A DNA stretch of 64,000 nucleotides from Candidatus Helarchaeota archaeon (GTDB taxonomy: Archaea; Asgardarchaeota; Lokiarchaeia; Helarchaeales; RDOG01): positions 1,420,685 to 1,484,684 of the forward strand of contig JAHPZH010000001.1 of assembly GCA_019058315.1 (NCBI GenBank). Direction: 5' to 3'. The position numbers and the translations under genes are program-made. The stretch's first letter is position 1; every line of letters begins with the position of its first letter. Shown piece by piece: positions 40,113 through 49,796 of the stretch. The notes beneath the pieces are model-generated. The model was not told where the DNA came from. It did not search any database and worked only from the letters and a program-made list of their open reading frames with translations.

Positions 40113-40294
40113 TAGAAGTAATATCAACCTAATTTTCGATAGATTTAAATCAATCATCTCATAAATATTATTTAACCTTGAGTTTTCATCTAATTTTCAT
40201 TCTTTTGTAAAAATAATATGTAATTTATATATTTTAAAATTATAATATAATGTGAAGAAATCTTTTGTAATTCTTTTATGGAGTATTTAACCTC

Positions 40295-41059
40295 TTGATT
40301 AATCACATTTGGATAATAAAGTCAACTGGACAAAATCTGTTCTATAAGAATTTCGGCACTTCATTCCGATTTGATGAAGATTTAATTTCAGGATTTTTTA
40401 TGGCTCTTAATAATTTTGCGAAAGAGAGCGGTAAAGGAGCGATTGATAGTTTAATTCTAAAGGAAGCAAAATTTATATATATGAATTTTGGCTCCATCTT
40501 CGTTGTACTTGGTTGTGATAGAAAAGACCAAATCGATGCAATGAAGGAGAGACTAAATATTATCGGAAGTTTGTTTATTAACACGTATGGTGACCTCGAA
40601 AATTGGGACGGGGAAGTTAGAAAGTTTCGTTCCTTCTCAGAGATTCTTGATGCACAATTAAAACCGGAATATACTCCAGTTACAATACCTGATCAATTAT
40701 CAAGAGAAGAATTAATAATCCAAGAATATAAGGAAGTTAGTACTGAGTTTACGTGTGAAATTATTAAAAATGAAAAGTCAAACATAAATGTATTTTTATC
40801 TAGAAGTTTAGAAGAACATTTTATTGTCAATATTAATTTTAAAGAGTTCCCTGAAAAACCAAAAATAAAATTTCCTAAAGAACTCAAAAAATTGCTAGGA
40901 AAACCCGATGATGCGTTGCTGACGTGTTCAAATTGGAATCCCGAAAATCCTGCAAAAATTGTAGAAATTCTACGAGAATTGGAGCACCATTTAATTAAAT
41001 CAACAAAGAAAGATACCTATTCGACACAATTAATTGTCGATAAAAATCAACCATACTAA
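40295..41059 (+). CDS. Longin-like domain fused to a UBC/UEV/RWD-like domain
   Basis: N-terminal IWIIKSTG..LF..DEDLISGFFMAL..WDG...F; C-terminal INFKEFPEKPKI...WNPENP..IVEILREL. Confidence 0.72.
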   Translation: MINHIWIIKSTGQNLFYKNFGTSFRFDEDLISGFFMALNNFAKESGKGAIDSLILKEAKFIYMNFGSIFVVLGCDRKDQIDAMKERLNIIGSLFINTYGDLENWDGEVRKFRSFSEILDAQLKPEYTPVTIPDQLSREELIIQEYKEVSTEFTCEIIKNEKSNINVFLSRSLEEHFIVNINFKEFPEKPKIKFPKELKKLLGKPDDALLTCSNWNPENPAKIVEILRELEHHLIKSTKKDTYSTQLIVDKNQPY

Positions 41060-41123
41060 TCAACTTTTCAATAATTAAGTAAATTTAGTTAAATCGTTTA
41101 AATAAAGATTTGAAGGTAAAAAA

Positions 41124-42347
41124 GTGCGAATTGGTTTTTTTACTGATACCTATCATCAAATAAATGGAGTAACTACTATAATTCATTCCCTTGAAAGACA
41201 ATTACTAAAAGAAGGTCATGAGATATTTATTTTTGCTCCACGAGGAAAAGGAGATGAGAAGAAAGATAATTTATATACCTCCGAATCGATTAGATTTCTA
41301 ATTTCTCCTGAATACAAATGGGCAATATTCCCAATTTATACAATTTTAGATACAAATCAACTGAATTTGGATTTAATTCATATCCATTCACCAATTTCCA
41401 TGGGGTTATCAGGGTTATTTAATGGAAAACGTTTAGGAATTCCAATAGTGGGTACAATTCACACTTTGATTCCTGAATTTTGGAAAGATTTTATATTAAA
41501 ATTATTTCCATATATCTCTCCACCTATAATAGATATAATTCTTAAACCAATCATCGAGCAGGCAGTAGATATTTCTTCCATTTTTATGGAGCATTTATCA
41601 TGGCGTTATTTTGCTAGATTTTTTAATCAATGTAATGCAATAACTGCTCCCTCTACCTATGCTCAACAAAAATGTATTGAGAATGGAATTAATGCTCCAA
41701 TAATTATTCCTAATGGTGTTGATTTCTCTAAATTTCAACATTCAGATAGCTCTTACGACTTCTATAAAAGATGGGATATTGATCAATCAGATACTGTTTT
41801 TTTAAGTGTCGGTCGATTAAGTGAAGAAAAAAATTTAGAAATAATGTTACATTCAGCAAAAGATATAATTAATAAATATGGGAACGAAAATATAAAATTT
41901 CTAATCATCGGTGATGGCCAACAAGCAACAAGGTTGAAAAATTTAACAGAAAGAATGAATATTCAAAATTCTGTTATTTTTGCTGGATATATCGAATATG
42001 CTGAGTTAGGATTATGTTATAAACATTCAGATTTGCTAATAATAACATCCCCCTATGAAACTTTTGGATTAACTGTTGTTGAGGCAATGCATTTTGGATG
42101 TCCTGTTGTAGGAGTAAACTCTGGTGGGATTACAGATATAATTGAAGACAAAAAAAATGGACTGTATTTTGATGGAACTAGTAAAGATTTAACTGAAAAA
42201 TTATCTTATACAATAAACAATCGAGATGAAATAAAGAGTTTTAGAAAAAATGCAGAAAAAACCTCAAAAAAATACGAGATTGTTAATTGTACAAATAAAT
42301 TAATTCAATTATATGAAAAATTAATTAATAAAAACAAAAATAAATAA
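41124..42347 (+). CDS. Glycosyltransferase family 4 (glucosyl-diacylglycerol synthase-like)
   Basis: FTDTYHQINGV, HIHSP, VGRLSEEKN, ETFGLTVVEAM. Confidence 0.92.
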   Translation: MRIGFFTDTYHQINGVTTIIHSLERQLLKEGHEIFIFAPRGKGDEKKDNLYTSESIRFLISPEYKWAIFPIYTILDTNQLNLDLIHIHSPISMGLSGLFNGKRLGIPIVGTIHTLIPEFWKDFILKLFPYISPPIIDIILKPIIEQAVDISSIFMEHLSWRYFARFFNQCNAITAPSTYAQQKCIENGINAPIIIPNGVDFSKFQHSDSSYDFYKRWDIDQSDTVFLSVGRLSEEKNLEIMLHSAKDIINKYGNENIKFLIIGDGQQATRLKNLTERMNIQNSVIFAGYIEYAELGLCYKHSDLLIITSPYETFGLTVVEAMHFGCPVVGVNSGGITDIIEDKKNGLYFDGTSKDLTEKLSYTINNRDEIKSFRKNAEKTSKKYEIVNCTNKLIQLYEKLINKNKNK

Positions 42348-42514
42348 GGGTTTCATATTTTATTTAACAAAAAATATTCTTAATTTGAATAAATTGTTCA
42401 ATAAATTATCAAATATCAAACAATTCTTCTTTTTAAGATATAATTATAAATTTTATATCATAAGTTTCTTAATATTATAGATTTTGAAAATAGTGTTTTA
42501 ATAGGTCATCAAGT

Positions 42515-43519
42515 ATGAAGAAAATCATTATTCTAAGTGGTAAGGGCGGAGTCGGGAAAACTACAATTTCAAGCGCAACTGCTGTTAGGATAGCTGATCT
42601 TGATCCAGATGCGAAAGTATTGATTGCGAGCTTCGATATTGCCCACAATCTCTCTGATATTTTTGGAGTTGAGATTGGTGATAAAATCACGCGTTTGCAT
42701 CCTGATATGAATCTCTTTGGGATAGAACCAGATCCTGAACATTATATTCATCTTTTTGTTGACCCAATCTTTAAATTGGCAAAACAGACCATATATGATT
42801 TGGTGGTGACGAGATTAAGTCCCACTATAAGAAAAATGGTAGATTCGATGTTGTTGGCTGAGAATATGCCTATGCAAGCTAAGACGGCAGCATTTTTTCA
42901 AATCTTTCTTAATGCAGGTGTAGAAGAATTCGATTATATGATATCTGATTTTCCACCTACAGGTGCAACGATAAATCTATTTGAAGTACCAGTCTTTTTT
43001 ATAGATAATCTCCTTAAAAATTTCATGGGCTATAAATCTGCTATTGTTGTTGGGTATGAAGGTGTTCGACGACTTTTAAATCCAACAAAAATCTTAGATG
43101 GTAGAAGCCCTTTAAATGATATGTTTAGTGAATTGAGAAAGATTCAAAAAGCTGGCGATACAGTTCATGCAATGCTTAAAAAACATCTATCTTTGCGGTT
43201 AGTTGCGATTCCAGAAAAAGCTGCTGTTAACGAAACCCTCAGAGCTCTTGTAGATTTAAGTAAATTCTACGATCCAAATTGTGTTTATATTAACAAAATA
43301 ATATCTAAAGATGTCATTAAAGGTAATCCATTTTTAAAAGGGAAACGTGAAGAACAATTAACGAGAATTAAGGAATTGCAAGAAAAAGTTCCAAACAAAA
43401 AAATATTTGAAATAGAATTAAAGATGAATGAACCAATTAATGTGGATGGGTTAAAGAATATAAGTAAAGATATTTACAAAAATTGTACTCTTGATGACGT
43501 TTTAAATCCATGTATTTAG
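42515..43519 (+). CDS. ArsA/GET3-family ATPase (single domain)
   Basis: GKGGVGKTT, DIAHNLSD, switch II DFPPTG, PEK...ET.R, INK. Confidence 0.9.
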   Translation: MKKIIILSGKGGVGKTTISSATAVRIADLDPDAKVLIASFDIAHNLSDIFGVEIGDKITRLHPDMNLFGIEPDPEHYIHLFVDPIFKLAKQTIYDLVVTRLSPTIRKMVDSMLLAENMPMQAKTAAFFQIFLNAGVEEFDYMISDFPPTGATINLFEVPVFFIDNLLKNFMGYKSAIVVGYEGVRRLLNPTKILDGRSPLNDMFSELRKIQKAGDTVHAMLKKHLSLRLVAIPEKAAVNETLRALVDLSKFYDPNCVYINKIISKDVIKGNPFLKGKREEQLTRIKELQEKVPNKKIFEIELKMNEPINVDGLKNISKDIYKNCTLDDVLNPCI

Positions 43520-43529
43520 TGGGAATTTT

Positions 43530-44327
43530 ATGGCAGAATTTCTTAAACCGCTTCAGAGATATGGTTTTAGACATTTAGAAATTACCTATGTCAAAAAAAT
43601 TTCAAAAATATATTTAATTACAAAGCCACGGTCTTTAGAAGATTTAATTCGAGGAGAGTTAGAACTTAGGACTGAAATTTATTTTGCGCTAGGTAGTGAA
43701 TTAATTACTTATGGAATTGAGAAATTTCTTACTCTTTTAAGTGATTTACGAGGAGATGAAAGTCCACCAGAATTCACTTCCACTATAAAATACGATATTA
43801 CTAGAATTGAACCCAAATACACAGAAGAAGAAGAGATCCAAGTTCAAGAACTGTATCAGGAGAAAGTAAATAAGCCAATTTCAAGAGTTGTGGATGCTAT
43901 TGGGAATCGTATGAAAAAAGGAAGAGAGTTATTAGAAAATACAGATCAATTCACTAGAAAAGAGGGAAGAAAAGTCGCACAACATGAAATTATCCGTCGA
44001 TTAAGAAAAACCAGTGAAGATTTTGGATTTGATTTAGGAAGAATTACAAAGCGAACTGAAAGAGTACTTGACGCAATTATTAACATTGTAGGCGAAAAAG
44101 AGATAGAAGTTGTTCCGGAATACAGAGCTTTGATTAAACCTAAATCTAAGAGGGAAATTAATCCTCAACTTGTAATTCATCAAACTGGGCATGATTTGAG
44201 GATATTGGGTGGGAGTCAGTTAACAACAGAACAAGAATTTGATGATGTTGATCCAGAACTCCTTAAAGATACTTTAAATTTCATGTTATTAACAAAAGAA
44301 AAAAAATATCCTCCTAAAACCAGTTGA
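43530..44327 (+). CDS. Hypothetical protein co-transcribed with the ArsA/GET3 ATPase
   Basis: 10-bp gap after the ATPase, same strand. Confidence 0.8.
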   Translation: MAEFLKPLQRYGFRHLEITYVKKISKIYLITKPRSLEDLIRGELELRTEIYFALGSELITYGIEKFLTLLSDLRGDESPPEFTSTIKYDITRIEPKYTEEEEIQVQELYQEKVNKPISRVVDAIGNRMKKGRELLENTDQFTRKEGRKVAQHEIIRRLRKTSEDFGFDLGRITKRTERVLDAIINIVGEKEIEVVPEYRALIKPKSKREINPQLVIHQTGHDLRILGGSQLTTEQEFDDVDPELLKDTLNFMLLTKEKKYPPKTS

Positions 44328-44345
44328 ATTTTTAACAAGTATTTT

Positions 44346-44870
44346 TTATTTTAATGGATAACCATGCTTTCCAAGCAAATGCCCAATTTCGTGAACTGCT
44401 GCATAATCGATTATTTCCTGTTGCAGTCGCTCATTTAAAGTAGTAATAAAGCAAATCCCATACAGAATATAACTTGTGCCTAATATCGGAAAAATCGTCT
44501 GTAAAATTCTAGTCGATAAAAAGGGAAATGGAGTAATTCCATATTTAGTAATAAACAATAATGCCGTATCTTTTGGTCTTTCAATTTTGTCATTGACTAT
44601 CCTCGCGGCATCAGTGGTGATAATGAAATTACCACGTCTTATATTTTTGGGTATTTCAATAATTTCTGGCATAATTTTTGATTTTATTTCAAAATCATTC
44701 CAGATTTTTTCTTTAATAGAATTCAAAATATTTGGATCTTTTTCTTCCAATTGATAAATCCTAATTTCATCTAGTTTATCACGATATCTAAGTTTTATAC
44801 CGGTTATAACTCTGAATAGACGACTTAAAGCGTATTCCGAGAAATTATATAAAAAATTGTTAAAAGACAT
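44346..44870 (-). CDS. Zincin-like (archaemetzincin-related) protein, short
   Basis: HEIGHLLG near the C-terminus. Confidence 0.6.
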   Translation of the reverse strand: MSFNNFLYNFSEYALSRLFRVITGIKLRYRDKLDEIRIYQLEEKDPNILNSIKEKIWNDFEIKSKIMPEIIEIPKNIRRGNFIITTDAARIVNDKIERPKDTALLFITKYGITPFPFLSTRILQTIFPILGTSYILYGICFITTLNERLQQEIIDYAAVHEIGHLLGKHGYPLK

Positions 44871-44884
44871 TATGATTACTAGTT

Positions 44885-46054
44885 TTATTTATAAAATTCA
44901 GTATTTCTGCCAATTCCTGACGAAATTAGATGTTTTTCTTTATCAAATGTTCCAGTTTGGGTTTCATGGTCAATATCGAAAAAATAACCTTTGTGTATGT
45001 CTTCATAATCAATTTTAAGCTCTTCTAACGATATCCAAGTGCCATCTCCATATTTGAAGTCAAATTTTTCTTCATCATATGTTTTCTTTTTACGAAAATT
45101 CGGAAGTTGACATTTCAAAGTCTGAATTGGATAGGGGATTCCATTATTTTCTAAGTTCATTTTAAACCCGACATCATAGATTTCCGAAAATTTTTCTTTG
45201 AAAATAGCTATATATTCGTCTTCAATATGCTGGAAATATAATCTTCCATGACTCATGAGATTTGAAGTCATTAAAGTAAACCTTTCTCTTCCAGCATACA
45301 CCATTGTATTTATAATTGGAGGCATTGGAACATAAATGAACCAATAATCCGGCAAATTAAATAATGTCTTAGTAGATATACCATCAAAGAGCCCAGCTAA
45401 TCCCTCATATGAACTGATAGAAAATATTAAATTATCCGTTGAACTGCCCCATGCAATTCCAACTTGATACATTGAAGTACTCCATTGAGGAGTTCGTTCA
45501 TTTCGAACATCACGTAATAACTCTAGAAATTTACTTCCTGCATCAGAAAAGTTCTTTGTTCTTTTTGGAATATCTTTCAATTGTACTCCAAGTTTTAAAT
45601 GTCTACGATTTAATAATTCGTCATCTGGACCTACCATCCACCAGTCTACAGGTATGCCATCCTCTAAATGACCATTTATCATAAATATTACTTCTTCAGT
45701 GTCATCGCGACAGACTATGTAAGTACAATCTACACTCTCGCCGTAGTATAATTTCATGCTACCTTGTTGCAGATCAGATCTAATGAAACCTCCAGGAGGG
45801 AATAATGTATCTGCCATGACTTTTTCCGGGTCCTTGATTCTGCCCTCCATTATTCCTTTAGCAGTATAAATTGCCTCATCTAATCGAAGCTTTGCTAGTG
45901 GATAGCTTATTTCATTAATAACTGGTTCAATTTGACTTTCTAAATATTCATAACCGAGATTTGTATAAAGTCGCCACATGTGTCTACCAATTGGATAGAA
46001 TTTTTTTGTTCTCACATCATCCGGTATGTCTCCATATGTATAAGACAACCTCAT
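44885..46054 (-). CDS. Uncharacterised conserved protein, 'RNERTPQW' family copy 2
   Basis: IRSDLQQG, NGHLEDGIPVDWW, RRHLKLG, DVRNERTPQW; GAGGT SD. Confidence 0.9.
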   Translation of the reverse strand: MRLSYTYGDIPDDVRTKKFYPIGRHMWRLYTNLGYEYLESQIEPVINEISYPLAKLRLDEAIYTAKGIMEGRIKDPEKVMADTLFPPGGFIRSDLQQGSMKLYYGESVDCTYIVCRDDTEEVIFMINGHLEDGIPVDWWMVGPDDELLNRRHLKLGVQLKDIPKRTKNFSDAGSKFLELLRDVRNERTPQWSTSMYQVGIAWGSSTDNLIFSISSYEGLAGLFDGISTKTLFNLPDYWFIYVPMPPIINTMVYAGRERFTLMTSNLMSHGRLYFQHIEDEYIAIFKEKFSEIYDVGFKMNLENNGIPYPIQTLKCQLPNFRKKKTYDEEKFDFKYGDGTWISLEELKIDYEDIHKGYFFDIDHETQTGTFDKEKHLISSGIGRNTEFYK

Positions 46055-46351
46055 ACCTCACTTTAAGTTCTTCATTTCTTTTTTTTCGTTCAATAATCAA
46101 TAATAAAAATAATTCTTATTGATATCTACTTAATAATTCTTCCATTTCTAAAAAATTTATTGATATCTTTCCCAAAAAAATAATTAAAAAAATTAAAAAT
46201 TTCTAAAAATATTTTATAATTATAAAATTTTAGAACTATAAAATGAAAATATGAGTATTTTTTATTAAATTCATTCTTTAACTAATAGTTTTTACCTACG
46301 ACGAAACACTTTTTAACTAGGATTAATTCTTATTACTCCAAATACATTAAT

Positions 46352-47065
46352 TTGATGTTTAAATATAGAAAAAAGAGTATTTATGTCGGAAGAAAAAAAA
46401 TGACTGAAGATTCAATGACTGACTTGGAACGGGCAAAAAAGTTAGTGAGAGATACATATCGCGAAGAGATTAAACTGGGCTTAAGACATATCAGTAAAAT
46501 TATTCAAAAGGAAACTTTCGGGCTTGGAAGTCCAATTGATTTAGCTTTTAAGCTAGGTATTGCTCCTGATATTCGAAAAAATGTCCATAAACAAATTGAT
46601 CTAATACTTGATAATGCAATCGAATTAGATTCTGATGATGAAATTGAGATATTAACAAATGGTAACTTTGACAACTATATGAAATACGATTTAACAATTT
46701 CCTATTTGCGAAAAAGACATAAGGCATTTAATGAGATTAAAAATATTGTTAAAGAGATTTTTAAACATAGAATTATTGTTGCACATCAATTATTAAATGC
46801 TTATAAGAAGGGCAATTTTGTCACCTACGAGGAACTTGCTAGATTGGCTTTACCTAATCGTGAAGAGGCAGAAGAAGCTCTAAATAATGAAATTGACCTT
46901 TCAAATAAGGTTATTAGTATAGTCAAAAATAATCCTGATATCATTTTTGCTCCCGTCATTCTTCAAGATTTTGGGTTAATTATAGTAGAACAATTGTTGA
47001 ATTACGGAAATAATAGAAAGAAATCAAATTTGGATAAAATTTATGATAATAATGGAGGCAATTAA
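46352..47065 (+). CDS. Hypothetical all-helical protein (probable start ATG 46400), paralog of 47066-47719
   Basis: Shares EE..G, AP.IR, TYEE..R.A...R and the terminal D.I(Y/F) with the next gene. Confidence 0.82.
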   Translation: MMFKYRKKSIYVGRKKMTEDSMTDLERAKKLVRDTYREEIKLGLRHISKIIQKETFGLGSPIDLAFKLGIAPDIRKNVHKQIDLILDNAIELDSDDEIEILTNGNFDNYMKYDLTISYLRKRHKAFNEIKNIVKEIFKHRIIVAHQLLNAYKKGNFVTYEELARLALPNREEAEEALNNEIDLSNKVISIVKNNPDIIFAPVILQDFGLIIVEQLLNYGNNRKKSNLDKIYDNNGGN

Positions 47066-47719
47066 ATGGAAATGGATAAGAAACGGGATTTAATTTTAGA
47101 GAAATTTATGGAAGAGTTTGATATTGGAATGAAATATATGAAAGATCAAGTTCGTCATAATTTATATGATGGTCTTACAGGTTGGTTATTAAATCCCATC
47201 GCTAGTTGGCTTTATAAAATATTTGTTGCTCCATCTATTCGAGATCATGCTTTAGACAACTTTAATACACTGCTTGAATGTGCGCAAGAGTTTAATGGGA
47301 ATGAAGTCTGCATGGATTCAGCTATTAAAATTATCGAAGAAAGATTTGATGAACTTACAGAAAATGATCCGTCTTATCAAAGATTTGACAAGAAGCACGA
47401 GAAAGCGGAAGAAATGATTCAATTAATAAAAGAGGGATTTGCTCAGCAACTTTTATTGACGAAAAAGCTGATAGATAGTCCTGGTGAAACTTATGAAGAA
47501 ATTATTAGAAATGCATTTAAAACTCGTAATACTTTTATGCAATTTACCGATGAACAACTCGAAAATACTCTAAGAGGGCTAAATCTTCTTGTGACCGAAA
47601 ATAAGCTTCTTAAAGTCCCAAGTCTCATCAAAAAACAAACCCAGCGTCTCCTTAGGAAGGGTTATGATTATACTGTCGAACGGGCTTACATTCAAGTGGA
47701 TGAAATCTTCCCAAAATAA
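47066..47719 (+). CDS. Hypothetical all-helical protein, paralog of 46352-47065
   Basis: ATG immediately follows the TAA of the previous gene; GGAGG SD. Confidence 0.85.
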   Translation: MEMDKKRDLILEKFMEEFDIGMKYMKDQVRHNLYDGLTGWLLNPIASWLYKIFVAPSIRDHALDNFNTLLECAQEFNGNEVCMDSAIKIIEERFDELTENDPSYQRFDKKHEKAEEMIQLIKEGFAQQLLLTKKLIDSPGETYEEIIRNAFKTRNTFMQFTDEQLENTLRGLNLLVTENKLLKVPSLIKKQTQRLLRKGYDYTVERAYIQVDEIFPK

Positions 47720-47962
47720 ATTTGAATTAAAAAAATCTAATATTTCCTTAATTTTTTATTTTTAGAATATTTTTTTTCTTTTATTAGTTTTATTTTCTAA
47801 ATTGACTAACTAAATTGAATTTGACTTTGAAATTTTTAATAAAACCTTACCTTATTCCTTTTTGACGAACTAAATGTTTATATTTCATGATCTAGATCTA
47901 ATATAACAATTTTCAATTTGTTGTGAATTTTAATTAGTGAATTTTTCTTGGTGAATTAAAAA

Positions 47963-48139
47963 ATGGGCGAAGAAGAAGAAATGCCTTCGGAAGAAGAAAT
48001 TAAGAAACAAATTGATGAAGCCATGAAGATAGCTGAGAAGAAACGCAAAGAACAAGCATCTAAAGTAGGAAACCTTAATGAATCTGAATATGGTGATTTA
48101 GAAAAACATCTTGACGAAAAAGCTAAAAAATCGGCTTAA
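47963..48139 (+). CDS. Small charged helical protein (58 aa), missing from the ORF track
   Basis: MGEEEEMPSEEEIKKQIDEAMKIAEKKRKEQASKVGNLNESEYGDLEKHLDEKAKKSA; GGTGA SD; T-rich tract downstream. Confidence 0.78.
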   Translation: MGEEEEMPSEEEIKKQIDEAMKIAEKKRKEQASKVGNLNESEYGDLEKHLDEKAKKSA

Positions 48140-48252
48140 TTAATTATATTTTTTCTCTTTCTTTTTTAAAAAGTAATTTGTATAGCTTTCTTTTGTATTT
48201 GAGAGAATTTTAATTTAAAAAAAGAATTAGATAGAAAGTATTAATCTTCATT

Positions 48253-49518
48253 TTATTTTCTTGCTGTCATTTCATATATTGCAATAATTGCGAAAAATAC
48301 GACTACACCGCCGATTATAACCCAATATACCCAATTTACTTGGGGTTTGGGTATTAAGTATTCCCCAAACATTATTAAGAAAGCTTGCAATATTTGAGCA
48401 TCATAATATTTGTGGTACCAAGAGTTATAATCCCAATTATTTGCGACTATACGTACCAAACCATTTCCATAATAATCATCACGACCGGGTGCACCGAGAT
48501 CTTTAATTCTGGAAGTTGAATTTAGTTCATTTATAATATCTGCTGGATTAGTACCATTTCCTAATAATAACGCAACGACCCCTGCAGCCATTGGGGTAGC
48601 CATTGAAGTCCCTGCAGCGTATGCATATCCATCATTCCGCCAAGTTGATAATATCCCGACAAATACCATTCCGAAGAAGTGCCAATCCCCACCAGGAGCC
48701 GCAAAATCAACTTGTGAACCGTAGTTAGAATAACTAGCTTTTTCTTGAAGAACACTAATTGCTGCGATTCCTAAAACATTTGGTAATCTTGCAGGATATA
48801 ATACTTCTCCGTTTTCATTTCCTGTTGCAGCTAGTACAATAATATCTTCTGCTACTGCTGCGTTAATAGCGTCCTCTAACGCTCCAGGATAAAGATCATC
48901 AGATAATGAACTAGCTCCGAGAGACATACTAATAATATCAACACCATGGGTTTGATTATTTTTAGGGCTATAATTTGCTACAATCCAATTAATAGCTTTT
49001 GTTACATCGTATACATGTCCTGAACCATCCTCGTCAAGCACCCTAAATGGTATAATTTTCGCACCTGGAGCTATACCAGAAACTCCAACACTGTTATTAG
49101 CAATAGCCGCGACAATTCCGGCACAATGAGTTCCATGACCATTTTCATCATCAGGTGGAGTACCTGGATCCACAAAGTCCCAACCAGTATTATTAAGAAT
49201 ATTAGCTTTCAAATCCTCATGATCCAAATCCACTCCAGTATCTATTATAGCAACCACAATTGGATGGCTCGCATTACTACTATTAGTACCATCTACATCC
49301 ATTGAATGAGCAATATCTGCACCAACAGTATAAAGTCCCCATTCCATTCCTATAAGAGGATCGTCATAAGTGGCATTACTTGTTGAGAGAACTGTATCCA
49401 CTGGTTTTTCTAATATTGTTAGATTATAGGAAGAATTTGATACGGATATACTGATTGTGTATATACATACTATCATACACATTAAAAATAGAACTTTCAA
49501 TTTTTTCATTGTGTCCAC
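48253..49518 (-). CDS. Membrane-anchored subtilisin-family (S8) serine protease
   Basis: Signal peptide; triad IIDTG, HGTHCAG, GTSMATP; C-terminal TM helix. Confidence 0.95.
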   Translation of the reverse strand: MDTMKKLKVLFLMCMIVCIYTISISVSNSSYNLTILEKPVDTVLSTSNATYDDPLIGMEWGLYTVGADIAHSMDVDGTNSSNASHPIVVAIIDTGVDLDHEDLKANILNNTGWDFVDPGTPPDDENGHGTHCAGIVAAIANNSVGVSGIAPGAKIIPFRVLDEDGSGHVYDVTKAINWIVANYSPKNNQTHGVDIISMSLGASSLSDDLYPGALEDAINAAVAEDIIVLAATGNENGEVLYPARLPNVLGIAAISVLQEKASYSNYGSQVDFAAPGGDWHFFGMVFVGILSTWRNDGYAYAAGTSMATPMAAGVVALLLGNGTNPADIINELNSTSRIKDLGAPGRDDYYGNGLVRIVANNWDYNSWYHKYYDAQILQAFLIMFGEYLIPKPQVNWVYWVIIGGVVVFFAIIAIYEMTARK

Positions 49519-49796
49519 TTAGTGAAAATCTTGTTAAAATTTGATAAAATTATCTTTAATGTAAATAAAGGATATATTATATATTTACCTTATTTTTTAG
49601 GAATGAATAAATTATCCTAATTAAGACAATTATAAATAGCAAAATTTAAGAATTCAAATAAAATACTAGTTTTCAACCATTAAGTAAAATTTCTTTGAAA
49701 TACTCAAAGAAAATAACCATAACATATTTTTAAACAAAATTAGAAGTGTTTTGGTCGAGAATTTCAAAGAAAAATTTATAAGAAGGTGAATTTTTT

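Noticed and set aside
24662-44327. Gas-vesicle cluster idea (PadR~GvpE, Hsp20~GvpH, ArsA)
   Set aside because: No GvpA/J/M, GvpN, GvpF/L or GvpK-like sequence seen.
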